Shown here in pieces: positions 10,391 through 20,639 of a stretch of DNA of 64,000 bases. The notes beneath the pieces were generated by a model that saw nothing but the letters and a program-made list of their open reading frames with translations, did no database searches and was not told where the DNA came from. The DNA comes from Candidatus Enterousia intestinigallinarum (GTDB lineage: Bacteria > Pseudomonadota > Alphaproteobacteria > Rs-D84): assembly GCA_018716885.1 (NCBI GenBank), contig DVJI01000012.1, forward strand, positions 78,050 to 142,049, read 5' to 3'. Within the stretch, counting starts at the first letter, position 1. Each line of letters starts with the position of its first letter. The position numbers were made by a program, and so were the translations under genes.

Positions 10391-13300
10391 TTATTCCATA
10401 CTGTCATCATATACAGAATAGGTTGTTCCACCAGAGTTCAACTTCAACGCACCTATACCACTGGCCCCCATATTTCCATAGAACGTTGTTCCATTGATAC
10501 TTACGTTCAGGGACGGGGTAGTTTTCCGTTCACTGCGCAGATAAATCTTTTCACCGTTGACGTTCAACACACGTCCACAGTCACCGACTTCATCAGCACC
10601 GGCACCGGAACCTATCGTGGTCAACCCGTCATCACACGCATTGCGAACACCTGCGCTGCCCTGGGATACGGTGGATGCCGCCGCCCAATATCCGGCACCA
10701 ACATCAGAACACGTTGTGTTATTTGCCGTTGCAATATATGAACCACCACCACAAGAAATCTTACAATCACTTGCCGTATCGTGGTTTGCGGCCGCGGTGC
10801 CACTGATTGTATAGTTGGTCAAACAGTTGCTGTACGAACTGATACTGCCCTGGGCGACACTGTGTGCACCGACGTACCAGTTACCAGCCGGTGTAGTACA
10901 ACTTGTTGCGTTTGCCGCGGTAATTCTGGTACCCGCCGCACAACTGATTTTACAATCCGTTGATGCATCGTGGTCCGTACGCGCTGTTGTATTTGGCGTT
11001 GAATAATTCGTCAGGCACGCTTTGACCGTTGTGGTCGGCGTTGTTGAGCCCGCCGTCACACTGTGTGACGCAGTGTACCAGCTGCCCGTTGGCGTTGTAC
11101 ACGCTGCATCTGCTGTTACCACACGGGTACCCGCCGCACAAGTAATACTGCAATCAGATTTTGCATCGTGATTCGACGCTGCGGTACCACTGGTTGAATA
11201 CCCCGACGGACACGCCGTACACGCCGACATTCCAGTTGATGCGGCATAAGTATTAGCAGCACACACCGAACAAGACGTTGCGGTACTGTCATCAGTCCCC
11301 TGGAACGTGCCAACCGCGCACGCCGGACAGGTTATGCCGCTGACATACCGTCCTGCTTTTGCAGTAACAGATTTCACGGTTTGCTGACAATCTTCACTAT
11401 TCGTTGAACACCCTGATTTAATTGTGCCATCTGCACTGCCTGTGCTGTTAGAATATGCCACGTATGAACAGGCCGGCAAAGTACAGGTGTTACACGTGCT
11501 GTCCGAACAGCCAGTTGGTGTTGCACAAGATATTTGTTCACCGGTCCACGCACGTGACTTGCTGTTACTGTAACAAGATGTAATAGCAGCAGCACCGGCA
11601 TCTGAATTCGGATAACCAGACGGGCAGGTGTTGCGTGTACTGGTTGAACCATAGCTCACGCTATGTGCCGCACGATAGTACCCGTCACCAACCGCCGTAC
11701 ACGCCGCCTCTGCGGTTGCAACGTACGTACCGCCCGCACAACTGGTTTTGCAGCCGCTTTCGGATGATGCCGCCGCACCGCTGCGATAGTTCGCCGGACA
11801 CTGGGTTCGTGTACTGGTCGAACCATAGTTCACAGTATGTGCCGCACGATAGTATCCGGTACCGACGGATGTACACGCCGCATTAGCCGTGGCAACATAT
11901 GTCCCACCAGAACAGGATATCTGACAAGATGACGCCGCGGTTTTTCCAGCTGTGGTATTGGCGGTATACCCAGACGGACAATTATTCTGCACACCACTGC
12001 TGCAATATGTCGCGCCAGTACACTGCGACTGACCAGTACAGTTGTTGCCACTGGTGTTGCAGCCCGTTGTATAATAACCACTGCCGACGGTGCTACACGC
12101 CGATGCGCCATCCGCACTGTACTTAGTACGTCCAGTACACGCACTGCACGAAGATGTTGATCCGTAATAAACCGTATGCGCCGCTTTATATGTACCCGCC
12201 TCACAGGTCGATACAGATGTCGCATTTGCCGTTGCAACGTATTTACCGCCGGAAACACTCATATAGCATTTAGATATACCACCTTCATTACCATCAGCAG
12301 AATTTGGATATGCCGACGGGCAGGCACTGCACGACGTTCCATTGTCATAGTACCCAGCATCTGCAGTTACCGCTGCCGGTGTTTTTGTACAATTAGACGG
12401 TGTGCACGTCGTATCGGTTGCACTTTGATAATCACGGTATGAACAAGTCCCCGGGGTACAACTGTTCCACGATGTAACACTGGCGCAGTTGGCCGGAACA
12501 CTGCCGTTTACCTGGTTACCGGTCTTCGTTTTTGTTACATAGCAGTACGCGTCGCTGATATTGCCGCCGTCGGATTTCGGATAACCAGATGGGCAGGCAC
12601 TGCAGCTTGTTCCGTTCACATAGAAGTTTTCCTTTGCTGTGACGGCCTTTGGTGTTTTGGTACAATTAGACGGCGTACAAGTACCATCAGTTGCACCATT
12701 ATAATCCTTATACTGACAGGTTCCTGGGGTACAACTGTTCCACGATGTAACGCTGGCGCAGTTGGTCGGAACACTGCCGTTCACCTGGGATCCGGTTTTT
12801 GTCCCATACTTATAACAATATGAACTGCTGATATTACCACCATCTGAATATGGGTACGAAGAACCACATTTTGCGGCACTACCACCACTCAAGTAATAGT
12901 TGTCATCAGCAGACGTACACGTTTGTGGTTTCGTACAATTAGTCGGTGTACAATCACTTACAATCGTACCACTGTATTGCTTGGTATACGTACAAGTCCC
13001 TGGGGTACACGTTCCCAACGTACGCGCCGCACACCCAGTTTGCATAGACGGCGTTGTTTGTGAACCGGTCTTTGTAAACGAACCAACGCAAGAATTCTGA
13101 TTGGCTGCACCAGCACCGTCACGATACCCGGATGGGCACTGTGCCTGGGCGCTGTTACTGGACTTGTAAAATCCATCTGAAACCGTTTTACACGATGTTT
13201 GGCCAACTGCATTTTGATATTGCAAAGAACCACTGCACGCACTGCGGCCGGACGTTCCACCGGGACAGGCATATCCCGCTTGGCACTGGGTACAGGTTGT

Positions 13301-14197
13301 ACCATTTACATACGCACCGGCCTTGGCAGATAATGCTGACGATACCGTCGTTGCACCCCACGCGGTCGCACTGGTCGCGTTTTGTTTTAACGTACCGGCG
13401 CTGCAATACGTACTGGCCGATGTTGCTGCGCGCGTTTGATTACATTGGGTATACGATGTCCATCCGGTGCCACTATTACGCGTCCACCCGGACGTCTGCG
13501 CCGGACAACTGTTCTGAACACCACTGCTGCAATATGTCGCACCCGTGCATTGTGATTGACCGGTACAGTTATTACCACTGCTGTTACACCCGGTTGTATA
13601 ATATCCACTGCTGACCGTTTTACACGACGATGCCCCGGCCGCACTGTACTTTGTACGTCCTGTGCATGCACTGCACGATGCGGATGCCTGGGTGCCACTG
13701 CCGGGCTTGTACGTACCGGCCGAACACGCCGACCATACTGCATATACCGTATCATTGGCGGTAAATGTCATAGATGTCGAACCAGACGTCGCAGTACTGG
13801 ATGTTGACCATCCCTTGAATACATATCCAGCACGATAAAACGTCGTTGTCGCACCAGATTGCAATGAACACGAAGCCCCCTTGTTACAAGTCTTGTTGGC
13901 CGGCTTTGTTCCAGACCCACCGTTCAAATTGTATGTAATCGTAACAGTCTGTTTAACCGGCGCAGATGTTCCCCCAGCACACGTATAATAAGAACCATAA
14001 TCCGAACATGGACGACATGCGTTCCCAGCCCTTGGGGTGCCATTATATACCGTGCTTGATGAAGATGTCGCCATATAATACCCAGATGCACAACTGGTAT
14101 ATTTCTTGTAACTGGGACAAGAATAGCCAGCAGCCAACGCATTGCCGGCAAAAATCAACATAAACAAACACGCTAAATAACGCAGAATTTTTGACAT
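10391..14197 (-). CDS. Very large (1268 aa) secreted Cys/Ser/Thr/Gly-rich repeat protein with many CxxC motifs (surface protein, uncharacterised)
   Basis: N-terminal signal peptide MSKILRYLACLFMLIFAGNALA. Several long internal repeat units, e.g. ...YGSTSSCSACTGRTKYSA...GYYTTGCNSSGNNCTGQSQCTGATYCSSGVQN... occurs twice, and CTPGTC...NGSVP.NCASVTSWNSCTPGTC recurs. No hydrophobic core. Confidence 0.8.
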   Translation of the reverse strand: MSKILRYLACLFMLIFAGNALAAGYSCPSYKKYTSCASGYYMATSSSSTVYNGTPRAGNACRPCSDYGSYYTCAGGTSAPVKQTVTITYNLNGGSGTKPANKTCNKGASCSLQSGATTTFYRAGYVFKGWSTSSTATSGSTSMTFTANDTVYAVWSACSAGTYKPGSGTQASASCSACTGRTKYSAAGASSCKTVSSGYYTTGCNSSGNNCTGQSQCTGATYCSSGVQNSCPAQTSGWTRNSGTGWTSYTQCNQTRAATSASTYCSAGTLKQNATSATAWGATTVSSALSAKAGAYVNGTTCTQCQAGYACPGGTSGRSACSGSLQYQNAVGQTSCKTVSDGFYKSSNSAQAQCPSGYRDGAGAANQNSCVGSFTKTGSQTTPSMQTGCAARTLGTCTPGTCTYTKQYSGTIVSDCTPTNCTKPQTCTSADDNYYLSGGSAAKCGSSYPYSDGGNISSSYCYKYGTKTGSQVNGSVPTNCASVTSWNSCTPGTCQYKDYNGATDGTCTPSNCTKTPKAVTAKENFYVNGTSCSACPSGYPKSDGGNISDAYCYVTKTKTGNQVNGSVPANCASVTSWNSCTPGTCSYRDYQSATDTTCTPSNCTKTPAAVTADAGYYDNGTSCSACPSAYPNSADGNEGGISKCYMSVSGGKYVATANATSVSTCEAGTYKAAHTVYYGSTSSCSACTGRTKYSADGASACSTVGSGYYTTGCNTSGNNCTGQSQCTGATYCSSGVQNNCPSGYTANTTAGKTAASSCQISCSGGTYVATANAACTSVGTGYYRAAHTVNYGSTSTRTQCPANYRSGAAASSESGCKTSCAGGTYVATAEAACTAVGDGYYRAAHSVSYGSTSTRNTCPSGYPNSDAGAAAITSCYSNSKSRAWTGEQISCATPTGCSDSTCNTCTLPACSYVAYSNSTGSADGTIKSGCSTNSEDCQQTVKSVTAKAGRYVSGITCPACAVGTFQGTDDSTATSCSVCAANTYAASTGMSACTACPSGYSTSGTAASNHDAKSDCSITCAAGTRVVTADAACTTPTGSWYTASHSVTAGSTTPTTTVKACLTNYSTPNTTARTDHDASTDCKISCAAGTRITAANATSCTTPAGNWYVGAHSVAQGSISSYSNCLTNYTISGTAAANHDTASDCKISCGGGSYIATANNTTCSDVGAGYWAAASTVSQGSAGVRNACDDGLTTIGSGAGADEVGDCGRVLNVNGEKIYLRSERKTTPSLNVSINGTTFYGNMGASGIGALKLNSGGTTYSVYDDSME

Positions 14198-14333
14198 AGA
14201 AACTTCCTACTTCTACTTCTTTTTCTCTTTTATGTATCATTTTATGAAAAATAGGGTATGCGTTGCAAGCAAAAAATCCGTTAAAAACTTTATTTTAATT
14301 GCAAACAGCGAAAAGCGTGATACAATTCTGCCC

Positions 14334-14665
14334 GCAGATGAGCAGAGCATAGCTGATTCCGGTTTTTCCGGAATTGGAGGAAAGTCCGGACTGCGTGGGA
14401 CAGCATACCGGCTAATGACCGGGCGGAGCAATCCGACGATTAGAGCAACAGTGACGAATCGATTAAAAATCGGGTGAAACGGGCAATCTCTATGCGCAGC
14501 AACCTCGAATAGGTCCCCGCTAAGCGTGTCCCAGGCGATGGGGACGGGTAGAGGGCTTGACATCTTGTGGTAACACATTATGCAGACTAATTATGCTCGC
14601 TACCCCGGGGTGGTTGGAAACGACTGGCCCGGGGCAGTACAGAATCCGGCTTATAGTTCATCTGC
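14334..14665 (+). ncRNA. rnpB: RNase P RNA (bacterial type A)
   Basis: Contains the conserved GGAAAGUCCGG block, a GGGUGAAA block and the 3' ACAGAAUCCGGCUUA block. A P1 helix forms between 5' GCAGATGA and 3' TCATCTGC. An intrinsic terminator follows. Confidence 0.8.
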
Positions 14666-14691
14666 AAAATCCGCCCTGTGGCGGATTTTTT
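14666..14691 (+). terminator. Intrinsic terminator of rnpB (aaaatccgccctgtggcggatttttt)
   Basis: Hairpin plus T-tract immediately after the P1 3' strand. Confidence 0.7.
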
Positions 14692-14754
14692 AGTTACCGG
14701 GTATTCGTTGCTCGTATCTCGTTATTCGTAACTAGTAACTAGTAACGAGCAACA

Positions 14755-14780
14755 AAAACGGGGCAAATGCCCCGTTTTTT
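14755..14780 (-). terminator. Intrinsic terminator after dnaK (aaaaacggggcaaatgccccgtttttt)
   Basis: Hairpin plus T-run overlapping the dnaK stop codon. Confidence 0.65.
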
Positions 14781-16674
14781 ATTTCTTTTCAGAAAAGTCC
14801 GCGTCACGCGTACCGTCATCGTTTGGCTTGTTATCATCGCCACCCGCTGACTGTGCCGCTTCTTGGGACGCTTTATAGACCGCTTCGCCCAGTTTCATTG
14901 ACTTTTCGGTCAATGCATCTGTCTTGGCCTTCAGCGATTCCGCCGTCGCATCGGATTTCGCCAATTCGTCGGACAGTTCTTTTTTCGCGTCTTCAATCGC
15001 CTTCTTTTCATCGGCGCTGATTTTGTCGCCGTGTTCTTTCAACGCTTTTTCAACCGTGAATACCGCAGTTTCGGCGTTATTCTTGGCTTCGGCCAGTTCG
15101 CGTTTTTTCTTGTCCGCGTCGGCGTTGGCGGCAGCTTCATCAACCATACGCTTGATTTCTTCTTCGCTTAAACCACCGTCGGATTTAATGGAAATCGCCT
15201 GTTCTTTGCCGGTACCCTTGTCCTTGGCGGAAACGTGCACAATACCGTTTGCGTCGATATCAAATGATACCTCGATCTGCGGCATACCACGCGGGGCGGG
15301 GGCTATGCCTTCCAAATTAAACTGTCCCAACAGTTTGTTATCCGCGGCCATATCGCGTTCACCCTGGAATACGCGAATCGTCACGGCTGACTGGTTGTCT
15401 TCGGCGGTACTGAACACCTGGGACTTCTTGGTCGGAATTGTGGTGTTACGGTCAATCAAACGCGTGAACACACCACCCAATGTTTCAATACCCAATGACA
15501 GCGGTGTAACATCCAACAGCAATACATCTTTGACATCGCCCTTTAAGACGCCACCCTGAATCGCGGCACCCAGTGCGACAACTTCGTCCGGATTTACACC
15601 CTTGTGCGGTTCACGGCCAAAGAATTCTTTGACTGTTTCCTGAACCTTTGGCATACGGGTCTGACCACCAACCAAAATGACTTCGTTTATCTGGCTCTTG
15701 TCCAGGCCGGCATCTTTCAATGCCTTGCGGCACGGTTCAATTGTCTTTTGAATCAAATCGTCCACCAACGATTCCAACTTCGCACGTGTCAATGTTGTGT
15801 TAAAGTGTTTCGGGCCCGACGCATCCGCCGTCAAGAACGGCAGATTGATATCCGTTGACGTCTTGGACGACAGTTCAATTTTGGCTTTTTCGGCGGCTTC
15901 CTTCAAACGTTGCAGTGCCAACTTGTCGCCGGACAAATCAATTCCTGTCTGGGATTTGAATTCATCAATCAAGTATTTCAATATACGTGCATCAAAGTCC
16001 GATCCACCCAATGCGGTATCACCGTTTGTGGATTTAACCTCAAACACGCCGTCAACAATTTCCAAAATGGAAATATCAAACGTACCACCACCCAAATCGT
16101 ACACGGCGATTGTACCGTTCTTGTTTTTATCCAAACCATACGCCAACGCGGCGGCCGTCGGTTCGTTCACAATACGCAGAACGTTCAGTCCCGCGATACG
16201 GCCAGCATCCTTGGTTGCCTGACGCTGGGAATCGTTAAAGTACGCAGGTACCGTAATAACCGCATCAGATACAGTTTCGCCCAGATATGCTTCGGCATCT
16301 TTTTTCAACTTTGCCAAAATCATAGCGGAAATTTGTGACGGGGCATACTTTTTACCTTCTATTTCAACCCAGGCATCGCCATTGTCGCCAGCAACAATTT
16401 TGTACGGAACACGTGCGGCGATTTCCTTTACCGCCGGGCTGTCAAAACGCAATCCCATCAAACGCTTGATTTCATAAATAGTATTTTCCGGGTTGGTTAC
16501 CGCCTGGTTCTTGGCAGTAATACCGACCAACTGTTCGCCGCTGGACGTCATTGCGACAACAGACGGTGTCGTGCGCTGACCTTCAGCATTTTCAATAATT
16601 TTCGGGTCGCTGCCATCCATAAATGCCATTGCGGAATTAGTCGTACCCAAGTCAATACCTAATACTTTTCCCAT
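14779..16674 (-). CDS. dnaK: Molecular chaperone DnaK (Hsp70)
   Basis: [22 protein letters not shown] and the rest of the Hsp70 signature blocks over the full 631 aa. Confidence 0.95.
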   Translation of the reverse strand: MGKVLGIDLGTTNSAMAFMDGSDPKIIENAEGQRTTPSVVAMTSSGEQLVGITAKNQAVTNPENTIYEIKRLMGLRFDSPAVKEIAARVPYKIVAGDNGDAWVEIEGKKYAPSQISAMILAKLKKDAEAYLGETVSDAVITVPAYFNDSQRQATKDAGRIAGLNVLRIVNEPTAAALAYGLDKNKNGTIAVYDLGGGTFDISILEIVDGVFEVKSTNGDTALGGSDFDARILKYLIDEFKSQTGIDLSGDKLALQRLKEAAEKAKIELSSKTSTDINLPFLTADASGPKHFNTTLTRAKLESLVDDLIQKTIEPCRKALKDAGLDKSQINEVILVGGQTRMPKVQETVKEFFGREPHKGVNPDEVVALGAAIQGGVLKGDVKDVLLLDVTPLSLGIETLGGVFTRLIDRNTTIPTKKSQVFSTAEDNQSAVTIRVFQGERDMAADNKLLGQFNLEGIAPAPRGMPQIEVSFDIDANGIVHVSAKDKGTGKEQAISIKSDGGLSEEEIKRMVDEAAANADADKKKRELAEAKNNAETAVFTVEKALKEHGDKISADEKKAIEDAKKELSDELAKSDATAESLKAKTDALTEKSMKLGEAVYKASQEAAQSAGGDDNKPNDDGTRDADFSEKK

Positions 16675-16715
16675 TTTTTACTCCTTGCAAACTGTTTTCT
16701 TTTTGCTGCTTTAGC

Positions 16716-16755
16716 ATATAGTGAACACTAAATACGTTTTCAAGGCCACAGGAAA
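16716..16755 (-). promoter_or_regulatory. Putative sigma-32 (RpoH) type heat-shock promoter upstream of dnaK
   Basis: On the minus strand, CTTGAAA, then a 16-nt spacer, then CTATAT. This matches the alphaproteobacterial RpoH consensus CTTG-N16-18-CYTATNT and lies about 60 nt upstream of the dnaK start. Confidence 0.4.
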
Positions 16756-16813
16756 AAAATAATAATAAAAAAAACCGCCCAAGCGGACGGTTTTTAATTT
16801 GCAATAACCGATA

Positions 16814-17443
16814 TTATTTCTTGGCATCGGCGGCTGATGCAGCAGCTGCAGCTGCGGCAGCTTTCGGTGCATCTGTTTCATCCGGCATTTTACCACCGAT
16901 TGTCGCGAACGCCAATTCCGCCTGGTGCAGACCCAGTTCAACGCCCGCCGGCAAAACCAAGTCGGTTCCGTGTACTGCATCACCAATGGTCAGGTTGGTC
17001 AAATCAATAGTGATTTTTTCCGGAATATCGTGAACCAATCCACGCAGCGCAACCTTACGAACCGCAAAGTTCAACACGCCGCCCAGTTTTAATCCCTTTG
17101 ATACTTCGGCATTTACAACCTCGACCGGGACGCTGACGTTGACCGGCTTTTTAACATCGATACGCTTAAAGTCCGCGTGAACAACCCGGTCTGTTACTGG
17201 GTGATACTGAATATCCATCAGCATTGCGTCTTCGTGGCCGTTGGCGGTTTCAATTTCGAACAGTTTTGTACGCAAACTGGGTGTCTGCAACAGCATTTCA
17301 AAATCGCGGCCGTTCAGTTCAATCGCGACCGGTGCCTTTTTTTCGCCATAGATGACGGCGGGGATATTCTTGTTCTTGCGAATGCCACGTGCGGCCCCCT
17401 TGCCGACACGCCCGCGAATTTCTGCATTTAATTTAATAGCCAT
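16814..17443 (-). CDS. rplY: 50S ribosomal protein L25 / general stress protein Ctc
   Basis: L25 N-domain (AIKLNAEIRGRVGKGAARGIRKNKNIPAVIYG) followed by the Ctc beta-domain and an Ala-rich tail. Confidence 0.8.
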   Translation of the reverse strand: MAIKLNAEIRGRVGKGAARGIRKNKNIPAVIYGEKKAPVAIELNGRDFEMLLQTPSLRTKLFEIETANGHEDAMLMDIQYHPVTDRVVHADFKRIDVKKPVNVSVPVEVVNAEVSKGLKLGGVLNFAVRKVALRGLVHDIPEKITIDLTNLTIGDAVHGTDLVLPAGVELGLHQAELAFATIGGKMPDETDAPKAAAAAAAASAADAKK

Positions 17444-17542
17444 TTTTAAGTCCTTACGTTGTTTATTCTTTGTTGTTACGTGACCTCCAAGGGTGCCACG
17501 CGGGCAATATTATTTACTAAAACAGTTGAAAAATCAAGGTTT

Positions 17543-18106
17543 TTATTCGCCACCACGGCGTAAAATTAAAAATCGCGCCCGACCGTATGTCTTATCACGT
17601 AAAATATCCCATCCATCGGGGGCGGATACGGCATTTACGGCTTCTTGTTCCCAAATCAGAATTGTCCCTGGGCGCACACGACGCGTAACCGCGCGCACAA
17701 ACGCCGCGCCAACGTCTGCCGCATCATATGGCGCATCAACAAAAATCAAATCGGCTGTGGCACCATATCGCTTTACCGCCATTGTTGCATCAATCTGTTC
17801 GGTTGTTGCAGAATTGCCTATGTCCAACGCAGCCAAGTTACGACGCACAGTTTTTATTGATTCTGGGGCGATATCTGTAAATATTACGCGTGCATTTGGA
17901 TATCTGGACAGACATTCTATGCCGAACGCGCCACTGCCTGCAAAAGCGTCCCAAACCGTAAATTCGGCATCGGCATCAACCAGTCCAGACGCTATAATAT
18001 TAAACAGCGCCGCACGCGCCCGATTTTGCGTTGGCCGCGCACCACGCGGTAAATACAATTTACGCCCGTGGAAACGTCCCGAAATAATTTGCAATTTTGA
18101 ATCCAT
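17543..18106 (-). CDS. rsmD: 16S rRNA (guanine966-N2)-methyltransferase
   Basis: 187-aa methyltransferase with the RsmD-type ...FAGSGAFGIE... and DAPY motifs. Confidence 0.7.
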   Translation of the reverse strand: MDSKLQIISGRFHGRKLYLPRGARPTQNRARAALFNIIASGLVDADAEFTVWDAFAGSGAFGIECLSRYPNARVIFTDIAPESIKTVRRNLAALDIGNSATTEQIDATMAVKRYGATADLIFVDAPYDAADVGAAFVRAVTRRVRPGTILIWEQEAVNAVSAPDGWDILRDKTYGRARFLILRRGGE

Positions 18107-18123
18107 ACGCTAAAGTGTACATT

Positions 18124-18582
18124 ATGAGATTTATGAAGCAAGCCATAAATTTGGCAATCCGTGCAAAATCACACGACGACGTGCCAATCGGCGCGGTTAT
18201 TGTCCGCGACGGTCAAATAATCGCCCGCGGTGAAAACCGTGTCCAGAAATGTAAAAATCCAATTTTACACGCTGAAATTGTTGCGATAAATCGTGCGTGC
18301 AAAAAACTGGGGACAAAAATTTTAGATGATTGTGACATCTATGTTACATTGGAACCGTGCGCAATGTGTGCAACGGCGATTTCATTGGCACGAATACGCG
18401 GCGTATATTACGCAGCCACGGACGAAAAGGGCGGTGGCGTCGCCCACAACGCAAAAATATATGAAACAGACCGGCACCTGTGGCGCCCAACTGTGACCCA
18501 AGTTCCAGAATATGCAGCCGAATCAGCAACACTGCTGCGCGAATTTTTCGCTGCACGACGCAAAAATAAAAACGGCGAATAG
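18124..18582 (+). CDS. tadA: tRNA-specific adenosine deaminase
   Basis: CMP/dCMP deaminase zinc motifs HAEIVAI and PCAMCA. Start at the internal Met is uncertain. Confidence 0.8.
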   Translation: MRFMKQAINLAIRAKSHDDVPIGAVIVRDGQIIARGENRVQKCKNPILHAEIVAINRACKKLGTKILDDCDIYVTLEPCAMCATAISLARIRGVYYAATDEKGGGVAHNAKIYETDRHLWRPTVTQVPEYAAESATLLREFFAARRKNKNGE

Positions 18583-18597
18583 AATTCGCCGTTTTTT
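18566..18597. terminator. Bidirectional intrinsic terminator (aacggcgaatagaattcgccgtttttt)
   Basis: Hairpin between tadA and gpmI, which converge. Confidence 0.6.
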
Positions 18598-18600
18598 ATA

Positions 18601-20076
18601 TCAGTCAACCAAACTGTGCCCCGACATATCAGACGGCTGCGGTACCCCCAACAGTTTTAACATCGTCGGTGCAATGTCCGCCAATCCACCGTCACGTACC
18701 GTATGCGGCGTATTTGACACAACAATAAAGTTCACCGGATTTGTTGTATGCGCCGTCCAGGGCAGGTTGTTTTCATCATCCCACATTTTTTCGGCATTTC
18801 CGTGATCCGCGGTAATTAAAACAGTTCCACCCAATTCCAGCACCGCCGGCACCAATCGCGCCAACTGTGTATCCAGGAACTCCATCGCGCGTATTGCCGC
18901 ATCTTCTTTGCCAGTATGGCCAACCATATCGCCATTTGCATAGTTCAAAATAACGACATCAAATTGTGACAACTTCGTCAGCAAAGCGTCTGTGATTTCA
19001 CGCGCGGACATTTCCGGCTTCAAATCAAACGTTGCAACATCGGGTGACGGAATCAGAACTTTTTCACCACCGGCAAAATCTATATTACGTTCCGCGTCAA
19101 AGAAATACGTGACGTGGTTGTATTTTTCGGTTTCCGCAATACGCAACTGCGACTTGCCATTTGCCGCCAGAACATCGCCCAGTGTATTTTCAACCGCCAC
19201 ATCTGGCAACAGGGCGGGGCATAACTCGTTCAACCCTTCGCCATATTGGGAAAAGCACAACATCTTTGCACCGGTTTTCAAAATTGCACGAACAATCTGG
19301 CGCGCGCGGTCACTGCGGTAATTACCGAACAAGAATCCGTCGTTCGCACTGATTGGCGCATCACCATCAATCACAGTTGGACGGATAAATTCGTCAGTTT
19401 CGCCACGATTATATGCCGCACGCAGAGCTTCATCTATGTTCTGTGCACGATATTCGGATTCAGCGCACGCGATTGCGTCAAACGCCAACTGTGTGCGGTC
19501 AATATTCTGATTTCTGTCCATTGCATAGTACCGCCCAGACAGGGTTCCAAAAAACGCGCGCCCGTCCGCGAAATATGGCGCCAACGAATCTTTTATCATT
19601 GCAACATATTCGGGGGCGGACTGGGGCGGCGTATCACGACCGTCCGCAATAAAATGAATACACAGCCGTAATCCGGCATCCAAAACCCGACGTGCAATAG
19701 TCATCATATCGTGAATATCGGCGTGAACGCGTCCGTCTGACATCAGTCCTGCCAAATGAACAATTCCGCCATCTTTACGCACGGATTCGATAAATGTGCG
19801 CAGCGGAATATTTTCGTCCCAGTTTTCCAACTGAAACCGGCGCAAGAACTGATTCACCACACGTCCTGATCCAATTGTGATATGTCCGACTTCGGAATTT
19901 CCCATTGTTCCGTCGGGTAATCCGACCGCCGGTCCACTGGCATCCAGGTGTGAATGCGGATACTTACTCAACAATTCTTCGAAAAACGGCATATTAGCCA
20001 TTGATACGGCGTTGTGCGGCCCACGTGGTGCAATACCGACCCCGTCCATAATACATAATACAAGCGGTTTTGTCAT
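18601..20076 (-). CDS. gpmI: 2,3-bisphosphoglycerate-independent phosphoglycerate mutase
   Basis: 491-aa iPGM with the expected metal-binding blocks (N-terminal DGVG region, DHGN). Confidence 0.9.
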   Translation of the reverse strand: MTKPLVLCIMDGVGIAPRGPHNAVSMANMPFFEELLSKYPHSHLDASGPAVGLPDGTMGNSEVGHITIGSGRVVNQFLRRFQLENWDENIPLRTFIESVRKDGGIVHLAGLMSDGRVHADIHDMMTIARRVLDAGLRLCIHFIADGRDTPPQSAPEYVAMIKDSLAPYFADGRAFFGTLSGRYYAMDRNQNIDRTQLAFDAIACAESEYRAQNIDEALRAAYNRGETDEFIRPTVIDGDAPISANDGFLFGNYRSDRARQIVRAILKTGAKMLCFSQYGEGLNELCPALLPDVAVENTLGDVLAANGKSQLRIAETEKYNHVTYFFDAERNIDFAGGEKVLIPSPDVATFDLKPEMSAREITDALLTKLSQFDVVILNYANGDMVGHTGKEDAAIRAMEFLDTQLARLVPAVLELGGTVLITADHGNAEKMWDDENNLPWTAHTTNPVNFIVVSNTPHTVRDGGLADIAPTMLKLLGVPQPSDMSGHSLVD

Positions 20077-20205
20077 AATTTCCTTTCCCTTACATTTTTA
20101 CGGCAAAAATGTATCACAACAGTTTTTTGATTGCAAAAGAAAAAGAAAAATTGTATAAATTCATTGTGTGGGTATAGGAAGTATTTCATAATAAGAGAGA
20201 AAAAA

Positions 20206-20622
20206 ATGAGTGGAAAACCTTTTCAGCCAACAGCTGTTGACGAGCATATTGGCCAACGTGTGCAACTGCGTCGTGTTATGATGGGGCTGTCACAAAAAGA
20301 TTTGGCGAAAATATGTGGTGTAACATTTCAACAGATTCAGAAATACGAAAGTGCGGGCAACCGTATTTCCGCATCACGCCTGTTTGAACTAAGCACGGCG
20401 TTAGAAACCCCGATATCGTTCTTTTTTATCGGTTTGCCGGGGTATATGCCGGAACCGAACCGCAGTGGTCGCATACCCCAACGTGTATCAGAACAGAAAT
20501 CCAATGACCCGCTGTCAAAAAATGAATCTTTGCAGTTGATAAATTTATATTGGAAACTGCCAAATGATGAACAGCGCAAAACCATTATGGATATGTTACG
20601 GGCATTAAACGGCGTTGAATAG
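20206..20622 (+). CDS. XRE-family HTH transcriptional regulator, small conserved alphaproteobacterial type
   Basis: HTH_3 block LRRVMMGLSQKDLAKICGVTFQQIQKYESAGNRISASRLFELSTALETPISFFF. Ribosome-binding site (agagaga) before the internal ATG. Confidence 0.75.
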   Translation: MSGKPFQPTAVDEHIGQRVQLRRVMMGLSQKDLAKICGVTFQQIQKYESAGNRISASRLFELSTALETPISFFFIGLPGYMPEPNRSGRIPQRVSEQKSNDPLSKNESLQLINLYWKLPNDEQRKTIMDMLRALNGVE

Positions 20623-20639
20623 ATATAGTTAAAAATTAT

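Noticed and set aside
10557-13807. Numerous plus-strand ORFs (e.g. 11635..11886, 13132..13614, 13556..13807) inside the giant gene, some with repeated peptide motifs
   Set aside because: They are antisense to a well-supported 1268-aa CDS. Their internal repeats are just the mirror of the sense-strand DNA repeats.
14232-14578. ORFs 14232..14477 (+) and 14237..14578 (-) from the six-frame track
   Set aside because: They overlap the RNase P RNA gene and have no ribosome-binding site or coding features. They are spurious.
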